In this document: one piece after another, positions 1-12,155 of the stretch | How the letters are laid out: each line of letters opens with the position of its first letter | How positions within the stretch are numbered: the first letter of the stretch is position 1 | DNA from: Octopus sinensis | Lineage: Eukaryota | NCBI RefSeq assembly: GCF_006345805.1 | Contig: NC_043020.1 | Location: 29,078,001-29,142,000, forward strand | Length of the DNA: 64,000 nucleotides | Direction of reading: 5' to 3' | Position numbers and translations under genes: made by a program | Notes under the pieces: generated by a model | What the model saw: only the letters and a program-made list of their open reading frames with translations | The model's database searches: none | Told to the model about the DNA's origin: nothing

Positions 1-793
1 CAACTACTTCTAGTTTTACCCCCTGGAAAGTGACGGAAGTTGTTTTCTGCAGATTTTCAGAGGTTAATGCTCCTGAGCATCTGCCACATACAAAAACCAT
101 CTTCCTAGTTAGCCTTCCTTTGACATTGCTGCACCTCTTATGTATCCATAGCTTACACTTGGTGCATCTTATAGAGTTTCTACCTACACCTTTTCTACAG
201 ATCGAGCAGGGCCATCTACCTGAAGGCGTTTGTGATTTGTCTACCTTCCTACTTATTACGACTTTGGTTTTAGCTAGATTGACTCTAAGGCCCTTCGATT
301 CTAAACCTTGCTTCCACACCTGAAACTTCTCCTCCAGTTCTGATAGTGACTCAGCAATTAGAGCAAGGTCATCAGCATAGAGGAGCTCCCAGGGGCATCC
401 TGTCTTGAATTCCTCTGTTATTGCCTGGAGGACTATGATAAATAGGAGGGGGCTGAGGACTGAGCCTTGGTGGACCCCTACCTCTACCCGGAATTCTTCT
501 CTGTACTCGTTGCCAACCCTCACCTTACTAGCAGCGTCCTTGTACATGGCTTGCACAGCTCTCACTAACCATTCATCTATCCCTAGTTTCCTCATTGACC
601 ACCAGATGAGGGATCAGGGGATCCTGTCGAAGGCTTTCTCCATGTCAACAAAAGCCAGGTACAGGGGCTTATCTTTGGCTAGGTATTTCTCCTGCAGCTG
701 CCTTACCAGGAATATAGCATCAGTGGTACTTTTCCCTGGCACGAACCCAAACTGCATCTCATCTAAACTAACTCTCTCTCTAATTAGTTGGCT

Positions 794-795
<2 letters not shown>
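1..795 (-). mobile_element. RTE-clade LINE reverse transcriptase fragment (degenerate; runs off left edge)
   Basis: The minus frame reads QLIRERVSLDEMQFGFVPGKSTTDAIF...FVDMEKAFDRIP*SLIWW...GVHQGSVLSPLLF...LLYADDLAL...GLRVNLAKTKV. YADD is at 368-379 and one in-frame TGA at 614-616 is a likely CGA>TGA change. The fragment ends at a (TA)n run near 795. Confidence 0.92.
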
Positions 796-824
<29 letters not shown>

Positions 825-1028
825 CCTCTCAGGGATATATTGAAAGACATTTTGAAAAAAGAGATATAGTCATTTATTCAAGATTAATGTTGATGTATCC
901 ATTTATCCAATATCCAAAAATAAAAAGGGAAAAAAAGGAACAAGGAAAGAAAATCTTGCCAGTTATTTTACCAAGAAGTTCCCTTATAAAAGGTAGATAA
1001 TTCTGATTTTCAGAACATTTATTAATTT

Positions 1029-1304
1029 CGTTTTTGGATTTGATTTGCAAGATTCTTTATGTGAGTTCGTGTGTTGAAGCATATTCTGTTGTGTCTGAGG
1101 AGAGTCATTCTCTTTTTGTGCCTTATAATTTAACACACTCACCCGTAAAATTTCCTCTCATTTACTTATTTGTTTTTCTAAAATTTTCGTTGCGTCTTGC
1201 AACCTTTTTAATAGTTGTTGATTCTGTCTGTTATCCAAAATCCGGTGAGTTTGTTAAATTATAAGGCACTAAAAGAGAATGACTCTCCCCAGACACAACA
1301 GAAT
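1029..1304. mobile_element. Dispersed non-autonomous element with internal inverted repeat
   Basis: Arms 1083-~1145 and ~1241-1304 (ATTCTGTTGTGTCTG...GCCTTATAATTTAAC and its reverse complement). Partial copies of the same sequence lie at ~4433-4590 and ~15500-15660. Confidence 0.7.
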
Positions 1305-1497
1305 GGGCTTTATTAATGTTAAACACAAACACTAAAGCAGATATCGACCGTTGACTTTCGAGTTGACTGTCTTTATCATAAAGAAGTCTAACGAACCAGA
1401 ATAATGTTCTCTGGCAAAGACAGTAAGTATTTAAGCCTTTGTCAAAAAGGTCGATGGTGTCTTAACATCACTCAATAAAACATCAACAGTTGCTCAC

Positions 1498-1554
1498 CTG
1501 CAATCTGTTTAAAGCTGTATCAGCTACAGTATGTCGACACAGTTTGCATCTTGT
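1498..1554 (-). CDS. Candidate downstream exon of the SEC14-domain gene (TRCKLCRHTVADTALNRLQ)
   Basis: Flanked by ttctag acceptor and gtgagc donor, 57 nt, phase 0-0, open frame. No recognisable homology. Confidence 0.3.
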
Positions 1555-2311
1555 CTAGAATATCAAATATAGAAGCTGTCCAGAGATGGCATCCTAACGA
1601 ATTCCTTCTGTCAATCACTTACCATATCTTGAATGAATCGCTTCTCAGGACATCGACATACTAAAACTTCAACATCCAGCAGCTGACTTGGAATTAGCTT
1701 ACATGATTCTTTCCCCTCTTTCCAACAATAACTTTGGCCCCTTTTTTAATCCAGTACCTCTACCACTCGTGGACATGTTTATAAAATCAAAAAACATCAC
1801 AGGCACCTATGATTTCAGAAAAAATTCTTCATGCTCAGAATTGTCAAAGCATGAAATAAACTATCCGTATCTTTTGTTACCTGTCAGGGCACAGCTTCCT
1901 TCAAAAATTCCATGCTTCCCGAAATCTGGCAACGCTATTCCTGACCTGCTTATGCACCTTTTCATCCCTATGGATCTTTTACCGGTCAGTTTTCCTGTGT
2001 TTCGGGGTCTGATTCTGTCCCCTCTCCACGTGCTTCTCACTTTCATTGCTGTCTTTCATTACTTGATTTTTCTGTCCCCTCTTTTCACCGTTTCCAAAGA
2101 CTTTGGTACACCCACACCCAGGCACTGTATTGATGAAGCTCAGTATTATTGGTGAGCTGGCAGAATCATTTGGGCATTGGAAAAAGGTTTTCCGAAATCT
2201 CTTCTGGCTCTTAACATTCTGAGTTCAAATCCCACCAAGGCGAAATCCAAGCTTATCGGAAACAGACAAATTAGCAACAGAAATAATTTAGCAAGAGGAA
2301 TTAGAACTCAC

Positions 2312-2428
2312 CATTTGATAAAGATACCAAGCTTTGTGGGAGTATTTCAAGAACCCTCCGTAGTCTTCGGTTAATTGGGATGGATCAATGTAGCTATAGA
2401 CTTCTTTTATTTTCTCCAACCAGACAAC
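2312..2428 (-). CDS. SEC14/CRAL-TRIO-domain protein exon (VVWLEKIKEVYSYIDPSQLTEDYGGFLKYSHKAWYLYQM)
   Basis: gactcag acceptor and gtgagt donor, 117 nt, phase 0-0. YIDPSQLTEDYGGFLKYSH matches the IDxSQLTxDFGGxLxYxH motif that closes the SEC14 domain of Trio/DBS/SESTD1-type proteins. Confidence 0.88.
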
Positions 2429-2640
2429 CTGAGTCAAAATAATTCAGTGAATTCAAAGAAATACCAAGAAGTGTAAATGCTGTTAATGGTCATATCATGC
2501 AATCGATAAAGGATAATTATGTTATTTCTATCTCCATGTTGTATATATACATCATGGAAGGAATATGAATGAGTATATCATTACACTTGCTATATACTAC
2601 AATCTCTCTCAAAATGTATCATTCAACAACATATATATGT

Positions 2641-3746
2641 AGTACAAATGTCTTTTTTTTTATAAGTTCTGAATTAAAATCTTCCACCAAACCTTAGTCA
2701 CAATTTATGTTCCTAACATTAGCTTAATGATAACTAAGTTATTTTACTAAATTCTTTGTTATAGTTAAAGTAATTGAAAGAAACACAGAGCATCTCAAAA
2801 TAAATACGGTAACAAAAGGGTTAAGATATATAATAGAGGAACAATTCTTAACCCTTTTGTTACCAACCCGGCTGAAACCACCTCTGGCTCTGAGTACAAA
2901 TGTCTTGTTTTTAAAAGTTTTGTATTAAAATCTTCCACCAAACCTTAGTCACAATTTATGTTCCTAACACCAGCTTAATGATAACTAAGTTGTTTTACTA
3001 AATTCTTTGTTATATTTAGAATTAATTGAAAGAAACAGAGAACATTTCAAAATAAATATGGTAACAAAAGGATTAAAACACATGGCTTCTATAGTTTCAT
3101 GAGAAATATGCTTTGCAGAAGTTTAGCCCTTTTGATACCAACCCAGCTGAAACCACAATCTTTCAATCATGCCTCCTACACCCTGACCCTTTTAGCCCTT
3201 TTGATACCAACCCAGCTGAAACCACAATCTTGCAATCATGGCTCCTACACCCTGACCCTTTTAACCGTTTTGTTACCAACCTGGCTGAAACCGGCTCTGG
3301 CTCTGTAGTACAAATGTCTTGTTTTCATAAGTTTTGAATTAAAATCTTCCACCAAACCTTAGTCAAAATTTATGTTCCTAACACTAGCTGAATGATAATA
3401 CTAAGTTATTTTACTAAATTCTTTGTTATATTTAAAATTAATTGAAAGAAACACAGAACATTTCAACAGAAATATGGTAACAAAAGGGTTAAAATATATA
3501 ATAGAGAATCAATTCTTAACCCTTTTGATACCAACCTGGCTGAAACCAGCTCTGGCTCTGTAGTACAAATATCTTGTTTTCATAAGTTTTGAATTAAAAT
3601 TTTCCTCCAAACCTTAATCACAATTCATGATCCTAACACTAGCTGAATGATAACTAAGATATTTTACTAAATTCTTTGTTATATTTAAAATTAATTGCAA
3701 GAAACACAGAACATCTCAACAGGAATATGGTAACAAAAAGGGTTAA
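2641..3746 (+). mobile_element. Tandem array of four piggyBac-type MITE copies (~220 bp each)
   Basis: TIR CCCTTTTGTTACC/GGTAACAAAAGGG with TTAA flanks. Copies end or span 2820 (5' truncated), 2852-3072, 3265-3488 and 3520-3742. Confidence 0.85.
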
Positions 3747-3830
3747 GATCTTCCCCTTATACCACATCACCACCATCCTTATCTTACTTTCCAACTGCAC
3801 ACTCTGGTTACTTCACATACTCTTGTATAT

Positions 3831-4060
3831 ATTTCTTTACTGCCCACGAGGAGCTAAACACAGAGGGGACAAACAAGGACAGACATAGGTATTAAGTCGA
3901 TTACATAGACCCTCAGCGCGAAACTGGTACTTTATTTATCGACCCCGAAAGGATGAAAGGCAAAGTCGACCTCAGCGGAATTTGAACTGAGAAAGTAACG
4001 GCAGACGAAATACCTCTAAGCATTTTGCCCGGCGTGCTAACGTTTCTGCCAGCTCGCCGC
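3831..4060 (-). mobile_element. tRNA-derived SINE, family M (Meta/MESC-like core)
   Basis: A-box-like TGGCAGAAACG, B-box-like AGTTCAAATTC and core GCCTTTCATCCTTTCGGGGTCGATAAA. More than 15 copies or fragments occur in the window. Confidence 0.85.
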
Positions 4061-4158
4061 ATTATACAAGAGTATTTCCACACACTGTTGTATAATGTAA
4101 GGCAGCCACATAATCTCCATCTACAGCAATGAAGTAGAATTGAAATATTTCCACTCAC

Positions 4159-4287
4159 CTTGAATAGAACAGAAACAGCTGAAGAATACTTGGCTTTCAG
4201 ACCCAACTGCTTCTTCAACAAACGGGAATTGTCTTTCATCTTTGGTTTGATCAAATAGACGACATTGATGCTGTCAGACGTGGTTTT
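4159..4287 (-). CDS. SEC14-domain protein exon (KTTSDSINVVYLIKPKMKDNSRLLKKQLGLKAKYSSAVSVLFK)
   Basis: ttccacag acceptor and gtgagt donor, 129 nt, phase 0-0. Only this frame is open. INVVYLIKP resembles the IxxALIIKP strand of Trio-type SEC14. Confidence 0.8.
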
Positions 4288-5070
4288 CTGTGGAAGGTTA
4301 AAACGGATCTCTTAGTGTTTGTTTGTTTGTTTGTTTCAATCATTGGACTGCAGCCATGCAAGAATCACCATGATGAGACAAATAATACAGAACACTAAAC
4401 CTGCTTAGCAACATCAAAATAAAATAAAATAATATATTCTGTTGTGTCTTGGGGGAGAGTCATTTTCTTTTTGTGCCTTACAATGCAACACACTCACCGG
4501 TAAAATTTCCGCTGATTTCTTATTTCTATTTTCCTAAAATTTTTGTTGCGTTTTGCAACCTTTTCAATAGTCTTGACTCTGTCCCTTATTTACACTGCGT
4601 TCCCTTTTGTTTGTTTGTGTGCATGTGTGTGGGTCAGTGTGTGTGTGTCTATACATGCATGCATGTACGTATGTATGTGTGTGTATATTTGCATGTCTAT
4701 GTATGTATATATGTGTGTGTATGCATATGTATATATGTATGTGTGTGTGTATGCATCTGTATGTATGTATCCTGCATATTTATGTGCTCGCCTGTCCGTG
4801 TTTGTGCATTTTCTATGTATGTGTGTGTGAGCGTGTGTTTGTATATGTATGCACCTCTGTCTCCTTGTGTGTGCATGTCTGTGTGTGTGTGTGTGTGTTA
4901 TGTAACTATGTACCATGTTTGTATGTGTGGATGTGCATCTTTATATGTGTGGATCCGTGGATCCATCTGTGTCTGTTCTTGTAACCTATGTACCTATCCG
5001 TCTGTATGTTGATCTGTTTATTTACATATCTAAAATACAATTAAAAATATTTAAAAAAACCCTTACAAAC

Positions 5071-5291
5071 CTGGACACTCTCCATGGCTTGCAACCACAT
5101 TTGTATTCCTGGGTGAGTGGCATGTTGTAAGCAGATGAGAATGGAGAATCCTTTCACCTGGTCAACAGGTAACATTAAGCTACAGTAATACTCCAGAAGG
5201 TGTGCAAGTCTATTTGAGGTGAAGGAATCCAGGAGATTAACACTGGCAACTGGGAATGTGACAACGCATCTTCCATCTATATCAGTTGCAC
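5071..5291 (-). CDS. SEC14-domain protein exon ((G)ATDIDGRCVVTFP...LLEYYCSL...KGFSILICLQ...MESVQ)
   Basis: tttcaag acceptor and gtttgt donor, 221 nt, phase 1-0, fully open. Matches the GxxDxxGRxVxTFP...LLxYxxS...xGFxxxxD pattern of Trio/PLEKHG4-type SEC14. Confidence 0.85.
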
Positions 5292-5300
5292 CTTGAAATG

Positions 5301-5760
<460 letters not shown>

Positions 5761-5825
5761 GCTTTATAACCCACGGCCATGCCTGGACCAAACAGAAACC
5801 ATAATAAAATGTCTTGAAGCGCTAC

Positions 5826-5890
5826 CTGTTAGTTGAGCAATTCCTGATCTCAGAATCTCAGAATCAACTGCCTTATTTCCGTGAGACATT
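5826..5890 (-). CDS. SEC14-domain protein exon ((R)MSHGNKAVDSEILRSGIAQLT(G))
   Basis: Strong polypyrimidine acceptor (ttcctttccttttcaaag) and gtagcg donor, 65 nt, phase 2-1. Joins both neighbours in frame. ILRSGIAxLTG is the SEC14 start motif of this family. Confidence 0.82.
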
Positions 5891-7109
5891 CTTTGAAAAG
5901 GAAAGGAAAATAGATTCAGAATTAAATAGGAAAAAATAATGGTACAGTTCAATCATGCGTTTGTTATTGTCCGTTTTCTCCCCTGCCAGTGCAAAGCAAT
6001 TGCTATGGATACCAAAGCATGGCCACACCTGAGCAGGTTTGTTTCCCAACCATCTGGTTTAAAAATAATAATAATAATAATGAAATTATTGTATACAGTG
6101 CTCAGGTGCACCACAACTTGTCAGAGTATATGCAGTAATGTACAAATGTCTGGAAAATGAACAATGCATGAGTCAGATACATGCTTGCGTGTGTATGGAG
6201 GGGAGAAAATAAGATATAGTGTTGGCGAATCTCAGAAAGCATGGAAGTTTTGAAGGATGTAGTGCAAGTGTTTTCTGCTATAGCTCCTGGCCACAACAGC
6301 ATTGTGAGTGGATTTCGTGGAAGGAAACTGAAAGAAGCCTGTCTTATGTGTACCTGTATGTGTATGCAATCATGTATGTATGTGTTTATGCATAGAGGTA
6401 TGTGTGTGTGTGTGTGAATGTCTCCTTGTTTTTACATCGTGTGATGGTTGTAAACGAACATCACCATCACATAAGCTGTGTCCTTCATTTTCCGGTCTTC
6501 CTTGGAAATCTGTCAGGTCGTGGGGCAAATATTAGCCAGCTTGGAAACAGGTGAAGGTTGGTGGCAGGAAGGGCATCCAACCTTAGAAAAATCTACCTCA
6601 ACAACTTCCATCTGACCCATGCAAGCAAAGAATTGTCTGATAAGGGTACACCAGGCACATGTATCACAACCATATGTGCGCGACATGGTGATCTCATATC
6701 AAGATAAACAGCACATGACCTTGCAGGTGGGGCCCAGTTACAATTTTCTTCAGGTCGAATAAGCCATCCCGCTCAAAAGGTCCCTGAATAAGGGTTGTTT
6801 AAGGATGTTGAACGAAACACCCATGTTTCCAGACGTGAATTATCCAAACCCCAAAGAATCCCTCTCAACACATGGCTATGATGCTCCCCCACTACTTCTG
6901 CTCGTGATCAGAGATGCACATATCGTCAGCCACTAAGGGCCATGCTCAACTGGTTAAGGTCAAACAACTGACAAGCAAATCTGTGGTATTGAGCAGAATA
7001 TTTGCTGTAGCCCATCTTTTATACCAAGACAAAACAATGTACATGATAACACTTCCAATCAGTTAAGATCAGAAGCCACGAGATCCACTGCCTGGTACTG
7101 CATCAGGGC

Positions 7110-7140
<31 letters not shown>

Positions 7141-7408
7141 GGAATATGTTCTTTAATATGTAACCATGATAGTCATCCATTGTAAGATACTGGTTTAACA
7201 AGGATCATTTCACCAAAATATTGAATATGGAATTGTTTTGGCCTAACTTGGATCTAAGCAAATAACAAACCTTCATGTATCCATGTTGTTTATCATTAAG
7301 ATTTAACGAAGAGAAATATATTGCAATGCAAAAAAAAAAAAAATGCTAACGATCAAGACAACAACAACAACAGCAATAACAGCAGCAACAACTGAAATGA
7401 AAGTTTAC

Positions 7409-7587
7409 CTGGAATTAATTAGCGTCGCATTTACATCCAGGTGTGGTTCAGAAAGTGAAGAACTCGTCAAAGTATTTCGGAATCGTTCGGCAGAGACTTC
7501 GTGTTTTGTAAAGCTACGTAAACAGTCCTTCAAACTGGGTTGGCTGAGGTTGAATCTGCAGCAGCTGTTGTGCGCCGAACAGGACAT
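7409..7587 (-). CDS. Probable first coding exon of the SEC14-domain gene (MSCSAHNSCCRFNLSQ...NATLINS(R))
   Basis: ATG at 7587, acceptor at 7593-7594, donor gtaaac at 7408. Phase 2 matches the next exon (AG|A = Arg). No homology support. Confidence 0.55.
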
Positions 7588-8265
7588 GGATCCTTTGATA
7601 TAGATATTTATGCGTTATTGATTTTGACTTTGAAACATCTGTTACTACATTCTGACCATAAATGTGTGTGTGCGTGTGTGTGTTTATGTGTGTGTGTGTG
7701 GTGGAAGTCAATACATGACTAACTAAGAAAACTTCTTCTTAATCTCAGTAAGTTCATGCAAACATTCTGAGAATTCAAGAAGTTCCTGGGCCCGAATTTA
7801 TTCTGAGTGGATAAATTGTTGGGTAACACTGAACCCATTTCTCAGTGCAGTAAGTTATAAAACTCGGGGCATGACAGAGGGTGAGGCGATCAGAAACCAA
7901 ATGCCCTCCAGGTTTTTATTCTATTATATGAGTTTTCTTTCTCCCTGGAAACAGTTCCTAAGAGAGTTAGGTGTCCTTCACCCCCTGTGGTTCATATGCT
8001 GATTAACCTACGGCTGGGACCCTAACAGGTGTTGCTCCTCAAGGTCAGAGTAAGACCTGAGGAACAATGCTGGCTAAGGAGATGGTTCCATAATCATCAA
8101 ACCCCTGGAACTCCTGCACTTGAGTCCTCTTTATGTGTGTATGTGTGTGTGTGTGCATGCGGGTTTGTGTGCATGTATGTGTGCATGCATGTGTATGCAT
8201 GTATGTGTATATGTGTGTGCGTGTGTGCGGGGTTGTGGCATGTATGTGTACATGCGTGTGTATGC

Positions 8266-8977
8266 ATGTGTGTGTGTGTGCATGTGTGTGTATATGGGTG
8301 TCTACATATATAGATGTGTGTATGTGTGAGTGTGTATATGTGTGTGAGTGTGTGTATGTGTGTGTATGTGTGTATATATATATATATATATATGTTCATC
8401 TATATCCAAGCATGGTGGTGGTATAGGCTGGATGGTTTGACAACAGCTGGCATCCCAGACATCTGTGCCAATCTCAACTGTTTGTTTTGCCATAGTTTCC
8501 AGAGCTGGATGCTCTTCTGAATGCCAGCCCTTTACTAGAGTGTAGTGGGTTCTCTTATTCGTGGCATCAACACCAGAGAAAGTCACAAAGTACCTTGCAA
8601 AAGGAGACCCACCCCCCTCAATAGAAATGGGAGTAGTACTGAGAGAGGTGGTTTTGTGCCCAGGGATGTGAAGTTAAAGTACGAATAGCAGGATGGTAGC
8701 AGGTGTCGTGTAGGGGAGGAGAGACATCGTTATTCCAGTGGAATAATAGAGAAGAGGAAGAGGCAAGGCGAGGAGGAGGAAGAGGAGAGAGAGGATGTAC
8801 TGGGGGTGGGGGCTTCGCTCAATTTACATGGAGGGGTGTATAAGTGAAGTTATGCAGAAGATTGGATAAGGTAGATGGGTGGGGAAGTTCACAGGGAGTG
8901 CGAAAGGAGAATGGGTGATTGGGGGAGGGGAGGGGAATGCCTTGACTGAATACGGATGGAGATATCAATAACAATAT

Positions 8978-9025
<48 letters not shown>

Positions 9026-9478
9026 TCTTTTATTCTTTTACTTGTTTCAGTCATTTGATTGTGGCCATACTGGAGCACTGCATTTAGTCGAGCAAATCGA
9101 CCCCGGGACTTATTCTTTGCAAGCCTAGTACTTATTCTATCGGTCTCTTTTGCTGAACTGCTAAGTGGCGGGGACGTAAACACACCAGCATCAGTTATCA
9201 AACACAAACACACAAACACATACACACACACATACACATATATGTACAATGGGCTTCTTTCAGTTTCCATTTACCAAATCCACTCACAAGGCTTTGGTCA
9301 ACGCGAGGATATAGTAGAAGACATTTGCCCAAGGTGCCATGCAGTGGGACTGAACCCGGAACCATGTAGTTGGTAAGCAAGCTTCTTACCACACAGCCAC
9401 TCCTGCACCTATATATATATATGTGTGTGTGTGTGTGTATATATCTATACACCTACAGACATACATAAATATATATAT

Positions 9479-9513
<35 letters not shown>

Positions 9514-9569
9514 TATATATATATGTGTGTGTGTATGTGTGTGTATATATATATATATACACACACATG

Positions 9570-9604
<35 letters not shown>

Positions 9605-10388
9605 GTATATGTAGGTGCCGGAGTGACTGTGTGGTCAGTAGCTTGCTTACATATATATATATGTGTGTGTGTGTGTGTGTATATTGTTATTGATATCTCC
9701 ATCCGTATTCAGTCAAGGCATTCCCCTCCCCTCCCCCAATCACCCATTCTCCTTTCGCACTCCCTGTGAACTTCCCCATCCATCTACCTTATCCAATCTT
9801 CTGCATAACTTCACTTATACACCCCTCCATGTAAATTGAGCGAAGCCCCCACCCCCAGTACATCCTCTCTCTCCTCTTCCTCCTCCTCGCCTTGCCTCTT
9901 CCTCTTCTCTATTATTCCACTGGAATAACGATGTCTCTCCTCCCCTACACGACACCTGCTACCATCCTGCTATTCGTACTTTAACTTCACATCCTTGGGC
10001 ACAAAACCACCTCTCTCAGTACTACTCCCATTTCTATTGAGGGGGGTGGGTCTCCTTTTGCAAGGTACTTTGTGACTTTCTCTGGTGTTGATGCCACGAA
10101 TAAGAGAACCCACTACACTCTAGTAAAGGGCTGGCATTCGGAAGAGCATCCAGCTCTGGAAACTATGGCAAAACAAACAGTTGAGATTGGCACAGATGTC
10201 TGGGATGCCAGCTGTTGTCAAACCATCCAGCCTATACCACCACCATGCTTGGATATAGATGAACATATATATATATATATATATACACATACACACACAT
10301 ACACACACTCACACACATACACACTCACACATACACACATCTATATATGTAGACACCCATATACACACACATGCACACACACACACAT
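8266..10388. repeat. Near-perfect inverted duplication (arms 8266-~9010 and ~9651-10388)
   Basis: The same peptide appears in ORF 8302-8586(-) and ORF 10072-10443(+). By eye I found only about 2 substitutions and a 1-unit (CA)n difference over ~740 bp. Confidence 0.93.
9025..9406 (-). mobile_element. CORE-type tRNA SINE (full length)
   Basis: Head GCAGGAGTGGCTGTGTGGTAAG, CORE-like CACCTTGGGCAAATGTCTT and tail GACTGAAACAAGTAAAAGA. Other full copies at 29128-29546 (-) and 59892-60298 (+), plus many fragments. Confidence 0.85.
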
Positions 10389-10749
10389 AGTTCCAGGTTC
10401 AGTCCCACTGTGTGGCACCTTGGGCAAGTGTCTTCTACTATAGCTTCAGGCCGACCAAAGCCTTATGAGTGGATTTGGGTTCGACTGTGTTTATTGAGAC
10501 AGATTTTCTATGGACAGCTGTCCTTCCAGTCACCAGCCCCTATCTGTTTCCAAAGAAGGCAATAATATTTCCCTCTGATCAGACATGTCTTTTCTCAGAA
10601 TACTGGAAATGAATGACCTTTATTTATGTTTATTTCTTAATTGCCCACAGGGGCCTAAAAATCGAGGGGACAAACAAGGACAGAAAAAGGGATTAAGTCG
10701 ATGACATCGACCCTGAAAGGATGAAAGGCAAAGTCGATCTCGGAGACCT

Positions 10750-11097
10750 TTATATATATAAAGCTGAAGTTGTCTGTGTATGGTAGGTTTGGTAGCCTTC
10801 AACTAACACTATCTCCTCCGAGACCCTGCGGCACAAGTTGACCAAAATTGAGAGTATGATAGAAGAAGCCTTGCTCTTCATTCCATAGAAGAAAAATTAT
10901 ATACATCAAAAAGGTGCTTTTTTTTCTATGAAAATCCCAATTTTTTACGATTTTTTGCCATTTTTCGGTGTATTTCAACCAGAAAAATGTTCACTTAAAG
11001 AGAATTACAAGCTATATAGTGCAAAATTTTTACTTTTCAAAAATTCCAATTCTAAAGGGTCGAAACAAACCCGAGCAACGCCGGGCTATACTGCTAG
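10750..11097 (+). mobile_element. Non-autonomous Helitron
   Basis: 5' TATATATATAAAGCTGAAG, 3' hairpin CCCGAGCAACGCCGGG (11070-11085), then CTAG|T terminus (11094-11097). A second copy lies at 26656-26980 (-). Confidence 0.8.
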
Positions 11098-11658
11098 TAT
11101 ATATTAAATTACATGAAGTCAAGACAAGGACACACGCACACACATGCCAACTAACGCCTCATGAGTGAATTTAGTAGACAGAAACCGTGTGAAAGCCTGT
11201 TATATCGGCGATCATTAATAGAACTAGTGATGTTCAACAAGAAATAAGTGTCAAGCAATGCCGCTACTAAAAAATTTATAGCACGTTATTGCGAGCATTT
11301 CAAGGGAACTAACTTTTATATGAGTTAACTCCCTTGTATTGTAAAGCGTATTGTTAAGACGACGGGTGTTCTGGTTGTTAAGCTAATCAACAGAACAGCC
11401 TGCCCGTGGAGTTAATGGGCAAGTGGCTGAGCACTCCGCAGACATGCTTTAGTTCTCAAGGAAGCTCAGCATGACACAGAATGTCAAAATACTGGCTCTT
11501 TGGACTACTGGTGAAGCTCATTTTTGCCAGCTGAGTCGACATGAGCAGCGTGAAATAAAGTGTATAAGATACAGCGCGCCGCCAGGAATCGAACTTACGT
11601 CGGTGAGCCTAAGACCCTTACCACTAAACTACGCGCCTTCATATCATAAAGAATAAAA

Positions 11659-11880
11659 GGCGGCGAAATGGCAGAAACGTTAGCACGCCGGGCGAAATGC
11701 TAAGCAGTATTTCGTCTGCCGTTACGTTCTGAGTTCAAATTCCACCGAGGTCGATTTTGCCTTTCATCCTTTCGGGGTCGATTAAATAAGTTCCAGTTAC
11801 ACACTGGAGTCGATTTAATCGATTTAACTGTCCTTGTTTGTCCTTTCTGTGTTTATCCCCTTGTGGGTAGTAAAGAAACA
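11659..11880 (+). mobile_element. Family-M SINE
   Basis: Full head-to-tail copy; the tail AAAGAAACA is followed by GGTATTT. Confidence 0.85.
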
Positions 11881-12015
11881 GGTATTTGTATGAATAATAC
11901 CGTACTAAATTCTGGTGCCTCAACTTATATATATATATATATATATGTAGGTCCCGGGTTGAGTCGGGGTTAACCACAGTAAATAAGGTACTCAATACAT
12001 GGCAGAGTAATTAAT

Positions 12016-12105
12016 TTATTTTATAGAAGGAGCTTCTACAGGACTAGAACTGTTTCATTCAAATGAAACAGTTCTAGTCCTGTAGAAGCTCCTTCTATAA
12101 AATAA
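12016..12105. repeat. Perfect 44-bp-arm palindrome with 2-nt centre
   Basis: TTATTTTATAGAAGGAGCTTCTACAGGACTAGAACTGTTTCATT-CA-exact reverse complement. Confidence 0.95.
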
Positions 12106-12110
12106 TATAT

Positions 12111-12155
<45 letters not shown>

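Noticed and set aside
11574-11637. tRNA-like sequence on the minus strand with A and B boxes
   Set aside because: Only about 64 nt with no proper anticodon arm; more likely a tRNA-derived SINE head than a tRNA gene.
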